This document shows, in pieces, positions 53,927 to 64,000 of a stretch of 64,000 nucleotides of DNA. This DNA is from a virus. The translations under genes were made by a program, and so were the position numbers. Below the pieces are notes generated by a model, which saw only the letters and a program-made list of their open reading frames with translations, had not been told where the DNA came from and searched no databases. Within the stretch, counting starts at the first letter, position 1; each line of letters starts with the position of its first letter. The DNA is taken from the IMG/VR virus record IMGVR_UViG_3300020456_000005. One strand, written 5' to 3'.

Positions 53927-56278
53927 ATGACAGTTGCAACATCAATCATTGACGTAAATAACGGTAATGCAGGTTGGACCAAAGCAAACGTCATGGATGC
54001 TTTGGAGACAGCATTTTCTCAATTAGGTCTTAATGCAGGAACAGAGCAAACTAATGTTCCTCAAGGATGCATTTCACCAAGCGGTAATTTTCATTTGTAT
54101 GGTGCGGTTGATGCAGACTGGTACGATGCCAATGGTGGAGACCAAGGACCAGATTATAATTACGGTGGGGCAATAACTCAATCGTACATAGTTACTGAAG
54201 TTGGCACAGATTATAAACTTGAAAAAGTAATTAACAATAATGCTCCTTATTACGCAGGATTTGTTGATACAACAACGGATGAATTTATCTACACTCGCCA
54301 TGGATTTGAAACAGGAGATGCGGTTAAATATGCAAAAGGTCAGACAGATACAAATTTCAATGTAGGAACAACTGTAACTATTGACACTTTATATTACGTA
54401 ATTAAAACTAGTAGAGATCGTTTTCAGATAGCATCATCTTTAGCAAATGCTAATAATGGAACGCAAATTGATTTAGATGGCAATTCTGGTAGTTCATCAA
54501 CTATTGATGTTTGGACACAAGAAGCACAGCAAGCATCTGATTATATTAATCCCACAATTACCATCTATATGGGTGATACTGTTGAATTTCAAAATGCTGC
54601 TGGAAATAGTACAAATTTAACTGCCTGTATGAATACAGATAGTTTTAATAATAATCAGAGAATTGTTTATCAAGATGCTACATATGGTTCTTATCCAGTA
54701 GATGAAACTAGTATTAGTTATCGCCAAAACGTTACTAACATTAGTTGTGTTCCAGGAGCAAACTTAACTTGGAATACATCTGCTCGTCCTCAAACCGAAG
54801 CGGAACCTACAGTTCCCGCATCAGAATTAAATCCATCATTTACAAATGAACCTGGAGAAGATGGGACAGTAAAATATATTTACTGTAGTGAAGATACCGC
54901 TACAGCAAAAGGAGAAATTGTTTTAATTCCTGGTTTTATAAACCACAGTACTGCATATTATGGATATTGGAAATATACAGTTCCAGCATCTGGTAGTAGA
55001 TCAGAACTCAAATTAAGGATTTGGAGGTATGGATACAATAATGGAAGATTGGGTAATGTAACAATCCATTCTATTGGATCTGGTTGGAATGCTCAGGAAG
55101 TATTTACAATTCCTGGTGAAGCTGTTGGATTTAATGCTACCACAGGAGATATTCGGTTTGGTGTACGTACACCAGAAACTTCTAGTAATGCATATGATGG
55201 AATAGCAGAGATTAATACAACTACTCTAGGTGCTGGTTCTACTATGTTCCAGAAAAATGAAAATTTTGCTGTATTAAAAGTAGAAAACGATTCTAGTAAA
55301 AAATATAGATATGGATATTATTGTCTTACATTGAAAGACGAGGCATCAACTAATTGGAAACTTTTCATAGGTTGTGGTAGTGGATGGGATTGGATGAATC
55401 GTGCAGGAACTGCTTCAAACGTAATTGATGGTACTAATCTTGGAGCGTTCTCTGGATATCAAGGATTAGACTGGCAAAGTAGTCAGAGTGGTCCCACTCA
55501 GAGTACTACTAACTATTGGAATGTTTCAAATAACTCAACACCTACATCATACCCATTACAAATTAGAACTTATAGAGCACAAGCTCCTCAAGATACTAAT
55601 TTTTTCGTAATACAATTTTGTTCTGTCATTAATGGAATTGTTTCAGTTAATTCTACATTTACTCTTTGTGTGGGTGATGGATATGGTGCAGGTACTTTTG
55701 ACTTAGATGATGTATTTTTAGGTGGTGTTGTTAGTTACGAGTCATATGGAGGTAGTGATCTTGAAATTAAAACTTATATGCCTGGATACACTTATGCTTA
55801 TTATAGTAGCAGAAGTTCTCCAAATGAAGAACCAGTTAGTACTCAAAGTCAGGCACGAAGTGCTTTCTATGGATATATGAGAGGATATAATAGTGCTAAT
55901 TATATGTCGGATGTTTATACTCATAATATTAAAACATCTGACACAAATGCATCTTCCGTTTACTATAGAAATAGTACATATGACAAATATAATAACAAAG
56001 GAGTAGATTCAAATGCTGATTGGTTTAAACCAATCAAAACTATTCCATTATCTCAGAAAATGATTCCGTGTCCATATTATATTCCAGATGATTTTACAAT
56101 TTTACAAGTCGCAACAACACCTGGATTGATATCATTTAGACCAGGAGATACAGTTACTATTGACACAAACGAAGTGTATAAGATTATTCTTGCTTCGTAT
56201 GAATCTCAACAAACTGGTTTTGATGGAATTGCTAATAATACAACAACAGGAACATTATTCTTAGCTAGGACTACCTGA
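53927..56278 (+). CDS. Virion structural protein
   Basis: 783 aa, T/N/S/Y-rich, HGFETGDAVKY..YYVIK..FQIASSLANA module. Confidence 0.7.
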   Translation: MTVATSIIDVNNGNAGWTKANVMDALETAFSQLGLNAGTEQTNVPQGCISPSGNFHLYGAVDADWYDANGGDQGPDYNYGGAITQSYIVTEVGTDYKLEKVINNNAPYYAGFVDTTTDEFIYTRHGFETGDAVKYAKGQTDTNFNVGTTVTIDTLYYVIKTSRDRFQIASSLANANNGTQIDLDGNSGSSSTIDVWTQEAQQASDYINPTITIYMGDTVEFQNAAGNSTNLTACMNTDSFNNNQRIVYQDATYGSYPVDETSISYRQNVTNISCVPGANLTWNTSARPQTEAEPTVPASELNPSFTNEPGEDGTVKYIYCSEDTATAKGEIVLIPGFINHSTAYYGYWKYTVPASGSRSELKLRIWRYGYNNGRLGNVTIHSIGSGWNAQEVFTIPGEAVGFNATTGDIRFGVRTPETSSNAYDGIAEINTTTLGAGSTMFQKNENFAVLKVENDSSKKYRYGYYCLTLKDEASTNWKLFIGCGSGWDWMNRAGTASNVIDGTNLGAFSGYQGLDWQSSQSGPTQSTTNYWNVSNNSTPTSYPLQIRTYRAQAPQDTNFFVIQFCSVINGIVSVNSTFTLCVGDGYGAGTFDLDDVFLGGVVSYESYGGSDLEIKTYMPGYTYAYYSSRSSPNEEPVSTQSQARSAFYGYMRGYNSANYMSDVYTHNIKTSDTNASSVYYRNSTYDKYNNKGVDSNADWFKPIKTIPLSQKMIPCPYYIPDDFTILQVATTPGLISFRPGDTVTIDTNEVYKIILASYESQQTGFDGIANNTTTGTLFLARTT

Positions 56279-56940
56279 TGGCAGATTTTAATTTTTACGA
56301 ACCAAATTGGTCTGGTATGGTAACTGGAGATATCTCCAGTGGTGAAAGTATTGATAGTATATTTGACAATAATTTAAATACTTTTATATCAGGAAATCCT
56401 GAAGTAACCTTTACCATACCAACAGGACATCCATTCAGAACTTCTATTAATAAACTTAGAATTTATGCCACTAGATATCCAAATGGTGGGGCAGGAGGAG
56501 AGTTAATTGTTAATGGAACTGCTGTTTCTAATGTAAACACAGCAACTAGATCTTGGCATGAAGTAAGTGTCAGTTCTTTGACTGATATTAAATGGACAAA
56601 AGAAGGTGGTACAGATTCTGATTTTGCTAGTAATAGTTATGTCCTAGTTTTTGCTATTGAAATTAATGATTCTGTTCTTATAAATTTACCTCAGTTAACT
56701 GGTGGAACAGTATCGGGATTTAATACAAATCAACTAGTTGGTACTACTAATACACCTTTTGTAAATGTTGTATATTCTAGTATCGCTAGAGCTACGGGAA
56801 CAGCATCTGCCCCTAGTAGTTTTAATATAGAAGAACTTGATGAGGGTACAACTGGAGACCATTCTGCAGAGAGAGGATTCTTACGAGGAAAAAGACCGCA
56901 TAGAGGTTTGCAGTTCCCTAGAGGTTATTATAATAAATAA
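56278..56940 (+). CDS. Putative structural protein
   Basis: 220 aa, C-terminal GFLRGKRPHRGLQFPRGYYNK. Confidence 0.65.
   Translation: MADFNFYEPNWSGMVTGDISSGESIDSIFDNNLNTFISGNPEVTFTIPTGHPFRTSINKLRIYATRYPNGGAGGELIVNGTAVSNVNTATRSWHEVSVSSLTDIKWTKEGGTDSDFASNSYVLVFAIEINDSVLINLPQLTGGTVSGFNTNQLVGTTNTPFVNVVYSSIARATGTASAPSSFNIEELDEGTTGDHSAERGFLRGKRPHRGLQFPRGYYNK
56933..56939 (+). promoter_or_regulatory. Late promoter ATAAATA
   Basis: Overlaps the upstream stop, 26 nt before ATG 56965. Confidence 0.7.
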
Positions 56941-56964
56941 ATCAGAAGATAGTCTGGTCTAGAA

Positions 56965-59601
56965 ATGGCAATTAATTTCCCTTCAACTACGGGACAAGCA
57001 ACTGATGGTTCTTTTACCCACGCAGTTGGTAATATCACTTATAGGTGGAACGGAGTTAGTTGGTCTGCAAGTATTAGTGGTGGTGGCGGTGGTAGTTCTT
57101 ATGATGATTCCAGTGTTGACGCACATCTTAATAGAGCAACTGCTGCTGACAATGAAGTTCTAAGTTGGAATGGTGCAGATTATGATTGGGTCGCTCAATC
57201 TAGTGGAGGATCATCTCTATCAAATATCGCTGATGCAGGATATGGTGTTGATATTACTGGTAAGGCTGCTCTAACAGATGGTATTGATATTGATATTGGT
57301 GGTAGTATTAATGCAGCAGGAACTTCTATTGACTTTCAAAATACTACTATAAGCTTTAGTGGAGCATCTATTGGTGGACTGCAATCCACTATCAATGATG
57401 GTGTTGATTTCCATCTGAATAATAATAGTATAAGTTCTGGAAAAATTTTAAGTTGGAATGGTTCTGATTATGCTTGGATTGACCAATCTAGCGGTAGTGG
57501 GGGATCAATATACAACACAATTGGTCTTGAGGGTTGGGTTAAAGTACATAATGCACCGATATTGTTCACTCAGGCATTAGATGATACAACAGGTGCTAGC
57601 AACCAACCATTTTGGTTACAAAATTATGTCGCTGCTGTTCAGGGAATATCCTCTAATGCAGCAGCGACTCTTTCAACAGTTGCTACTGGAGGACATAACG
57701 CATTTACATCAGACACTACGCTTCAAGCAGCAATTAGAACTGCTGTTGGATCAAGTAATCCGTCTGGAGCTATTACAAATGCACAGTTCCCTATTGTCCC
57801 TACAGATAATCAAACTCATACTGTAGATGGTGTATCTTATCCAGTTATGGGTAAATTGTATGTTCCTACAGGTCTAACAGAAAATCAAGTTGATGTTGTA
57901 GTTCTATTCCATGGAACTCTTCCTGAAGGTGGTACTTATACTATTGGACAAGCAGCAGTAGATATGCTTGATAGATTTGTAAGTACTGATACTACAAATG
58001 CTAATTATACAACTCTTAATATAAGAGATAAGATTGTTTTTTCTGTAGCATATCCTCAAGATCATATCCCTCAGAATAGACAGTTTAATTTAACAGGTGT
58101 TGGTACAGAACAAGCAGATTTCTTGTTAGGAGATAACCTGCCTTATGCTAGAGCAGCAGTTGGATGGGTTCAGAATTCTTTGGATGCTTATATTGCAGCA
58201 CAGGGTGGTAGTAAAACTATTGGAAATGTTTATCTGTTTGGTCACTCTCAAGGTGGTAAATTAGTTGCCAAGATTAACACTTTAGATACTGGTATTACTG
58301 GTGTTGTTTCAAACTCACCTGGTCCTATTCATCTTGACCAAACTTGTGCAGCACAACCAGGAGGAACATCTTGTTCAAAAATTTCTGCAATTCATGGTTA
58401 TCCTGTTAACGTAACTATCACAGATAGTAGTAGTGGCGGATCATCTACATTTACTGGATTAACAGATACTCCATCCTCATTAACTGCAGATAAATGGTTA
58501 AAAGTAAATTCTGCAGCAAATGCTCTAGAATTTGTTGACTCACCATCTGGTGGATCTGGAACTCTTACAGTTGCAACTTCTAATGCTGCAAGAGAATATA
58601 ATTATAATGATCTTCCTGGAACAGCGACTGCATATGGTTTGAATACTGCTGCAAATGTTGCCCCACAGAATACACCAACATACACAAATACTGATGGGTA
58701 TACTTTTCCAATATCAAATCCAGTAAATCACCCAGATCCAGTTTCTTTAGCATTTGATGGAAGAACTGACACATATATTGCTGTTACTAGTTCTGTTGAT
58801 GATGGTGTAGTTGAATTGGTATTTACAAATCCAATTGCAGTAGGAAATTTAGATAAATTGGTACTTGGATTTGATGGCAATATTGAGTGTGGATTTAATG
58901 GTGGTAATTATGTTACTGCATCAGGAGCAACTGGAAATGTTACAGAATTAACAGTAAGTTCTACAGCAAACCAAACTCTTAATAAGTTAACTTTCAAAAC
59001 CCCAACAGCATCAGGTGCTGTTGGTAACTTATACTATGTTATTGCTTCGTTTGGTGGAAGTCAGAGCAGATTGAGAATTAAAGAAACAGATATTTCTGTA
59101 GGAAGTTCTGGAACAGGTGATAATCAATTGATTATGCATGATAGTAGTGTTGTTATACATCTCACTCCATCAGAAGTAAATAAAGTAGTTGCAGTAAAAA
59201 CTGATATTCCTAGACAAATTATTCTTCCCGCAGGAGCATTGATGACTCCAGGAGATACTGTTACTGTTATTGATGTTGGTCATGGTCCTTACGACAGAGA
59301 CGATACTAATCTGTATCCATTTGCTACTCCAACCATGGGATTCCCTTATTATACGTACAATAGTGGTAATTCATCTTATGCTCCTATTTTGATTTACCCA
59401 GATAGAGATGATGGAGTTCAAGGAACAAATATTCAACCATGGAATTCTGGTAATTCTATTACAGTTTATGGTACAGCACAAAATGGTGGTAAATATGTTA
59501 CAGAACCATTCCACGGTATGCCATTTGCAATCAATAAAAATGGCGGATCTATTAAATTGATGTGGATTGGTCCAAGTTACGGTTGGCGTGTCTTACCATA
59601 A
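56965..59601 (+). CDS. Fibre protein with embedded alpha/beta-hydrolase-like domain
   Basis: MAINFP N-module, VVVLFHG and VYLFGHSQGG, gp9/10-like C-terminus. Confidence 0.75.
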   Translation: MAINFPSTTGQATDGSFTHAVGNITYRWNGVSWSASISGGGGGSSYDDSSVDAHLNRATAADNEVLSWNGADYDWVAQSSGGSSLSNIADAGYGVDITGKAALTDGIDIDIGGSINAAGTSIDFQNTTISFSGASIGGLQSTINDGVDFHLNNNSISSGKILSWNGSDYAWIDQSSGSGGSIYNTIGLEGWVKVHNAPILFTQALDDTTGASNQPFWLQNYVAAVQGISSNAAATLSTVATGGHNAFTSDTTLQAAIRTAVGSSNPSGAITNAQFPIVPTDNQTHTVDGVSYPVMGKLYVPTGLTENQVDVVVLFHGTLPEGGTYTIGQAAVDMLDRFVSTDTTNANYTTLNIRDKIVFSVAYPQDHIPQNRQFNLTGVGTEQADFLLGDNLPYARAAVGWVQNSLDAYIAAQGGSKTIGNVYLFGHSQGGKLVAKINTLDTGITGVVSNSPGPIHLDQTCAAQPGGTSCSKISAIHGYPVNVTITDSSSGGSSTFTGLTDTPSSLTADKWLKVNSAANALEFVDSPSGGSGTLTVATSNAAREYNYNDLPGTATAYGLNTAANVAPQNTPTYTNTDGYTFPISNPVNHPDPVSLAFDGRTDTYIAVTSSVDDGVVELVFTNPIAVGNLDKLVLGFDGNIECGFNGGNYVTASGATGNVTELTVSSTANQTLNKLTFKTPTASGAVGNLYYVIASFGGSQSRLRIKETDISVGSSGTGDNQLIMHDSSVVIHLTPSEVNKVVAVKTDIPRQIILPAGALMTPGDTVTVIDVGHGPYDRDDTNLYPFATPTMGFPYYTYNSGNSSYAPILIYPDRDDGVQGTNIQPWNSGNSITVYGTAQNGGKYVTEPFHGMPFAINKNGGSIKLMWIGPSYGWRVLP

Positions 59602-59604
59602 ATA
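59598..59604 (+). promoter_or_regulatory. Late promoter ATAAATA
   Basis: Overlaps the upstream stop codon. Confidence 0.7.
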
Positions 59605-59627
59605 TAAACATAGAGAACATATAAAAA

Positions 59628-61289
59628 ATGGCAACTACTCCTCAGCAGACAATAGGAATTGAGCAGGAATATTCCTACGCATATCAAGGTGCGGATGGTA
59701 TGTGGGTCATGACCAAAGAAGAGTTTGAAGGTCATTATTCGTTTAATTCTGAGAGAATTGGTTCCATTGGAACATTTTGGGAAATCCCACTTTTAGTGGG
59801 TCAAGATAGATTGACCTTAGGAGAGTGGCCAGGTGGTAATTGGTTAGGATGGACTGGTGCAGCTGTTGCTCAAGATGGAAACATTTATTCTTGTCCAATT
59901 GGAGATGTTGGAGCAAAAAATATAATTCTCAATACTAAGTCAGATATAGGTTATCAATTTTCCAATCACATGCAAGGTATGATTGGTGTTGTATCACACC
60001 CAAATGGAAAACTTTATACTATTCCAGGTTATGGACATATTGTTGAAATTGATCCGACTAACAAAACAAGTTATATGATAAATCCAAATGGGCATACATC
60101 TACCGACATATTTGATGCTAGTGGTAAGTCCAGTGGATTAGGTACAGGATTTCACCGAAACACATTTTGTGCTGGTGTAGTAGCGCCAAATAATAAGTGC
60201 ATTTATTACATTCCAGATGATGCAGATCAAGTTGTAAAATTAAATCCAGCGACAAGATCTATAGAACTTATTGGAACTCAATCTGGTGCTATTGGATATA
60301 CAGGAAATTCATCGTGGAATACTTGGAATAATTCTGGTTCTGGAAAATTCTGTACTGGTGTATTAGGACCAGATGGAATGATTTATATGATTGGGTGTTA
60401 CCATAGAGCTATTGGTAAAATTGATCCATATACTGATACTGTTACTTGGACACATAAAGCAATTACAAATACCGAAACTCTTCCAATTGATGGAGGGGAT
60501 CCAGATCATTGGTATAGAATTGATTCGTATCAAGGTTGGACTGGTTTAATGGGTGATCCGAACAATTCATACATTTCACCAATGCTCAAACCAACGCAAT
60601 CTGCTTGCTTGGCTCCAGATGGTTGGATTTATATTCTCCCATATCAATATCCATGGATTATGAAATATAATCCTCTCTTGAATATTTTCAGAATGCATGT
60701 GGGAGATGCTGATTGGGCTACACTGAATTTAAATGCATTGAAAGAACTTGCTGTAGGAGGTTGGGGTGCAGATACAGATCAATTACAGAATCGTCATAAG
60801 CACACAGGTGCTTTTGTAGCAGCGGATGGCAATGTATATGCTGGTCCAGGTAGACATTGGGTTCACAGAGGTGGTGGATCAACTGACATTAGTGATGCAG
60901 ATACTCCTACAGATAGCACAACTGACAACTATAATTTCAGTATTTTAAAAGTTATCACTGGTGTAAATGCTATCCCTAAAGATTTTACTGATGCAGAAAA
61001 AGCACAGGGTTTCTCAACTCCAGCAATTAAACCACAAGGAAACATGGCAGTAAACTGGTCTAATATGGATGATAATTGGCGTACATGTATTTTGGGTCCA
61101 AATGGACATATGTATTGTATTCCTGGTAAAAATAAAAATGGAACTACCACACTTACTAATGACCAAGATGGTGAGACTTGGAACCTACCACAAGGAGCAC
61201 TTGAAATTCATTTAGGTGTTGTTGCAAAACCAGCAGAAGAGTTGTACGGTCCATATATCACAACTCAGTCATCTGTATCACGCCACTGA
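59628..61289 (+). CDS. Beta-propeller repeat protein (putative receptor-binding tip)
   Basis: Repeats such as GVLGPDGMIYMI, LAPDGWIYILP, VAADGNVYAGP, ILGPNGHMYCIP. Confidence 0.7.
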   Translation: MATTPQQTIGIEQEYSYAYQGADGMWVMTKEEFEGHYSFNSERIGSIGTFWEIPLLVGQDRLTLGEWPGGNWLGWTGAAVAQDGNIYSCPIGDVGAKNIILNTKSDIGYQFSNHMQGMIGVVSHPNGKLYTIPGYGHIVEIDPTNKTSYMINPNGHTSTDIFDASGKSSGLGTGFHRNTFCAGVVAPNNKCIYYIPDDADQVVKLNPATRSIELIGTQSGAIGYTGNSSWNTWNNSGSGKFCTGVLGPDGMIYMIGCYHRAIGKIDPYTDTVTWTHKAITNTETLPIDGGDPDHWYRIDSYQGWTGLMGDPNNSYISPMLKPTQSACLAPDGWIYILPYQYPWIMKYNPLLNIFRMHVGDADWATLNLNALKELAVGGWGADTDQLQNRHKHTGAFVAADGNVYAGPGRHWVHRGGGSTDISDADTPTDSTTDNYNFSILKVITGVNAIPKDFTDAEKAQGFSTPAIKPQGNMAVNWSNMDDNWRTCILGPNGHMYCIPGKNKNGTTTLTNDQDGETWNLPQGALEIHLGVVAKPAEELYGPYITTQSSVSRH

Positions 61290-61298
61290 TTATGACAC

Positions 61299-61305
61299 AT
61301 AAATA
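61299..61305 (+). promoter_or_regulatory. Late promoter ATAAATA
   Basis: Intergenic, 25 nt before ATG 61330. Confidence 0.7.
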
Positions 61306-61329
61306 GGACGGAAGGAGCACTCTCTAGAA

Positions 61330-63090
61330 ATGGCAATTAATTTTCCTGCAACTTCAGGACAACCAACAGACGGATCGTATACACATACGGTTGGTAATAT
61401 CACATGGTTATGGGATGGAGTTTCCTGGAGATCGGGTGTCTCAACTAGTGTAAATGAAGCCGATCCTATTTTTACTGCTTCTGCTGCGGGTAGCATTTCT
61501 TCAACTCATATCAATAATTGGAATAATGCATACAACTGGGGTGATCATTCTCAAGCAGGTTATTTAACTTCAGTTCCACAGGGTGCTACTGTAACGGTAG
61601 CAGACGATCCACCATCAAATCCAGTTAATGGTGATCTTTGGTGGGAGTCTGATACAGGATTTCTTAAAATTTATTATGAGGATGGAGATTCTAATCAGTG
61701 GATAGATGCTGCTCCTAGCGGAGGTATTACATTATCAGATCTTTCAGTATCAACTGCAGCTGCAGGAACAGCAGGACTCTCATACGATAACACAACAGGT
61801 GTATTAACATATACACCACCAGATTTATCTGGTTATCTAACATCGTTACCATCTCATGGTATTAATGATCATTCCGATGTTGATACTACTACAAATGCAC
61901 CATCTAATAATGATGTATTAAAGTGGGACGGTACTAATAATGAGTGGGTACCTGGAAGTATTGCGTCTTCTGGAGGAGCTCTTGCTTTAACAGATTTTTC
62001 TGTTCAAACTAGTGGTGCTGGGACTCCTTCTTTATTATATGATAATACAAGTGGTGTATTCACTTATACTCCACCAGATCTTTCATCTTATTTGACATCT
62101 TATACAGAGACCAGTACTCTTGCTAATGTTATTTCTAGAGGATCAACTTCAAATGACTCTGCTACCATTGGTGGTGATGGTACTGCAAGCGGTGTCACTC
62201 TTTCTGATGGCAACATTTCACTAAGAACAGGTACTGGAAATGTGGCATCTATTGACCTTTATTGTGAGGTTAACAATGCACATTTTGTAAGTGTAAAAGC
62301 ACCAGCACATGCTAATTTTAGTGGTAATGTCAATTTTACTCTACCAGAAAATAACGGGACTGTAGATCAACTTTTACGTACAGATGGATCGGGAAATACA
62401 AGTTGGGTTGATGCTTCTTCATTAACAGAATCAGATACTCTTGATACTGTAACTGGTAGGGGTGCTATTACTGCTAATGATATTACAGTTGGTAAATTAT
62501 CAATAGGAGATGCTTCTGGTAATACTGGTGCAAATAGTGTAGTACTTGGTAATTCGGATGATGCAAAACTATATTATCTTGGATCAGTAGATACATTACA
62601 AATTCAATCCGATAAAATATTCTTAAGAGCTAAGACAGGATTAGAAGATCCAATTATTTCGGGTGAATACAATGCTGATGTAAAACTTTATTATGCGGGA
62701 ACACCAAAGCTTGAAACTACTTCTGCTGGTATAACAGTTGCGGGGTCTATAATTGATGGATCAGGAAAGACAGTAAGACAATTAGAATGTGTTAGTAAGA
62801 CTGCAAGTTATACTTTGGCATCTGGAGATGCTGGAAAAACTTTTATAGTTAGTGGTAATAATGCAACTATAACTATTCCCAACGCTACTTTTGTTGAGGG
62901 AGACATTATAACAATTATCAATAATACCGCAACGAATATTATTATTGCTCAGGATACAGGATTGAGCATGTATTACACATCAGATGCTACAGGTACTACT
63001 GGTAATAGAACTGCCGCCGCAAGATCTTCTTCTACTATTTTATTCATAAGCGGAACTACTGCTTATCTTTCTGGAACAGGTTTAAGCTGA
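61330..63090 (+). CDS. Mosaic fibre protein
   Basis: MAINFP N-module, GDLWW module, LSYDNTTGV.TYTPPDLS.YL repeats, TLDTVTGRG, C-terminal YTL..GDAGK..LSG domain. Confidence 0.75.
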   Translation: MAINFPATSGQPTDGSYTHTVGNITWLWDGVSWRSGVSTSVNEADPIFTASAAGSISSTHINNWNNAYNWGDHSQAGYLTSVPQGATVTVADDPPSNPVNGDLWWESDTGFLKIYYEDGDSNQWIDAAPSGGITLSDLSVSTAAAGTAGLSYDNTTGVLTYTPPDLSGYLTSLPSHGINDHSDVDTTTNAPSNNDVLKWDGTNNEWVPGSIASSGGALALTDFSVQTSGAGTPSLLYDNTSGVFTYTPPDLSSYLTSYTETSTLANVISRGSTSNDSATIGGDGTASGVTLSDGNISLRTGTGNVASIDLYCEVNNAHFVSVKAPAHANFSGNVNFTLPENNGTVDQLLRTDGSGNTSWVDASSLTESDTLDTVTGRGAITANDITVGKLSIGDASGNTGANSVVLGNSDDAKLYYLGSVDTLQIQSDKIFLRAKTGLEDPIISGEYNADVKLYYAGTPKLETTSAGITVAGSIIDGSGKTVRQLECVSKTASYTLASGDAGKTFIVSGNNATITIPNATFVEGDIITIINNTATNIIIAQDTGLSMYYTSDATGTTGNRTAAARSSSTILFISGTTAYLSGTGLS

Positions 63091-63091
63091 T

Positions 63092-64000
63092 ATGATGCAT
63101 TCTCTCCTTTTAGTATATGGAACTCCAGATTCCAGTACTCCACCTACTAATGCTTTGGGATATGAAATTTTTCATCCCGATGATATGGATGACGAGCGTC
63201 AAGGAAAAATTGTTTCTGATGATGCTGGAAATGTTTATGGAATTACATCTACCTCATATTATAAAATTGATTCAAACGGAGATCTTCAATGGGAGAAACT
63301 AATACCATCGGAGTATGGACCAGCAGGTAATAAAGCATTAAAAAATATTGCTGTTTCTCCAAATGGGACATATCTAGCAATTGGTGGATGTGGTGGAAAT
63401 GAAGGATTGAGCGGTTATGGAGAATCTGCAATATTATCTCAGATTAATACTCAGACTGGAGATTCAATCAAACACTATTCAACTTATGATGGATCTGTAA
63501 ATCAGACTGCTAGATACGCACAAGTAAAAGATATTATTGTTGGTAACGATGGATTATGTACTTTAATTGGAGATCTATATGGTATTGGTGGTGCTCCATA
63601 TAATGAATTTTTAAAATTTTTAGTTGATTTTCCTAATCAAACTATCCTTTCGTCAATAGGAGAAACTGACGGTACATATATGGAGCAGTGGTTTGATGTT
63701 GATCAGAATGGTACTGATATTGTTCTCGGTGGTCTTGATGTTGAAAATAATCAGCAAGGATTCCAATGTTATAATTGGACCAAAATGAATAGGACGACCG
63801 ATGCTATTGTATGGTCAAAAACTTGGCAATCAAATAATGGAAATGGTATTGCTGGAAGGGGTGTTTGTATAGATTCAACTGGAGTTGTGTATGCTGGATT
63901 TGATGATCAACCTGCACAAACAAGAGGAATAGTTCGTTTTAATTCAACAACTGGAAATGTTGATACTGCTTTTAAAATACATTATACATCTGGTGATTTT
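63092..64000 (+). CDS. Beta-propeller protein (3'-truncated by window, not in ORF track)
   Basis: ATG 63092 stays open to the window end: SDDAGNVYG..KIDSNGDLQW..IAVSPNG..CIDSTGVVYAG. Confidence 0.7.
   Translation, partial: MMHSLLLVYGTPDSSTPPTNALGYEIFHPDDMDDERQGKIVSDDAGNVYGITSTSYYKIDSNGDLQWEKLIPSEYGPAGNKALKNIAVSPNGTYLAIGGCGGNEGLSGYGESAILSQINTQTGDSIKHYSTYDGSVNQTARYAQVKDIIVGNDGLCTLIGDLYGIGGAPYNEFLKFLVDFPNQTILSSIGETDGTYMEQWFDVDQNGTDIVLGGLDVENNQQGFQCYNWTKMNRTTDAIVWSKTWQSNNGNGIAGRGVCIDSTGVVYAGFDDQPAQTRGIVRFNSTTGNVDTAFKIHYTSGDF

Noticed and set aside
796-61496. Numerous short minus-strand and alternate-frame ORFs in the track overlapping the large structural genes
   Set aside because: They are shadows of strongly biased coding frames, with no promoters, SD sites or recognisable motifs.

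Overview
This is a 64 kb segment of a T4-like cyanomyophage genome (Kyanoviridae-type, AT-rich, most likely a marine Synechococcus or Prochlorococcus host). Every credible gene is on the + strand. There are three blocks. (1) 1-14.3 kb: the 3' end of a giant virion structural gene, three tail-collar-domain fibre genes and a tail-assembly chaperone. (2) About 14.3-27.5 kb: an early/accessory island of roughly 45 small ORFs. It includes several 2OG-Fe(II) oxygenases, a PD-(D/E)XK nuclease, an AbrB-like regulator, a HExxH protein and KTSC-like proteins, driven by sigma70-type promoters. Twelve of these promoters carry a 24-bp imperfect palindrome 29-31 nt upstream of the -10 box. The island also holds a non-coding origin-like locus at about 24.1-24.4 kb (two cyanobacterial-type DnaA boxes, a bidirectional promoter, T-tracts). 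(3) 27.6-64 kb: a late structural module with a PAAR/gp5.4-like gene, gp25, gp6, giant gp7, gp8, a VrlC/DUF4815-like protein and a mosaic array of fibre and beta-propeller genes with T4-type late promoters. The most striking observation is that gp7 contains two nested domains resembling phycobiliprotein subunits, which keep the bilin-attachment cysteines and counter-ion aspartates. No tRNA, rRNA, CRISPR array, integrase or transposase was seen. All family assignments come from motifs recognised by eye, not from database searches.
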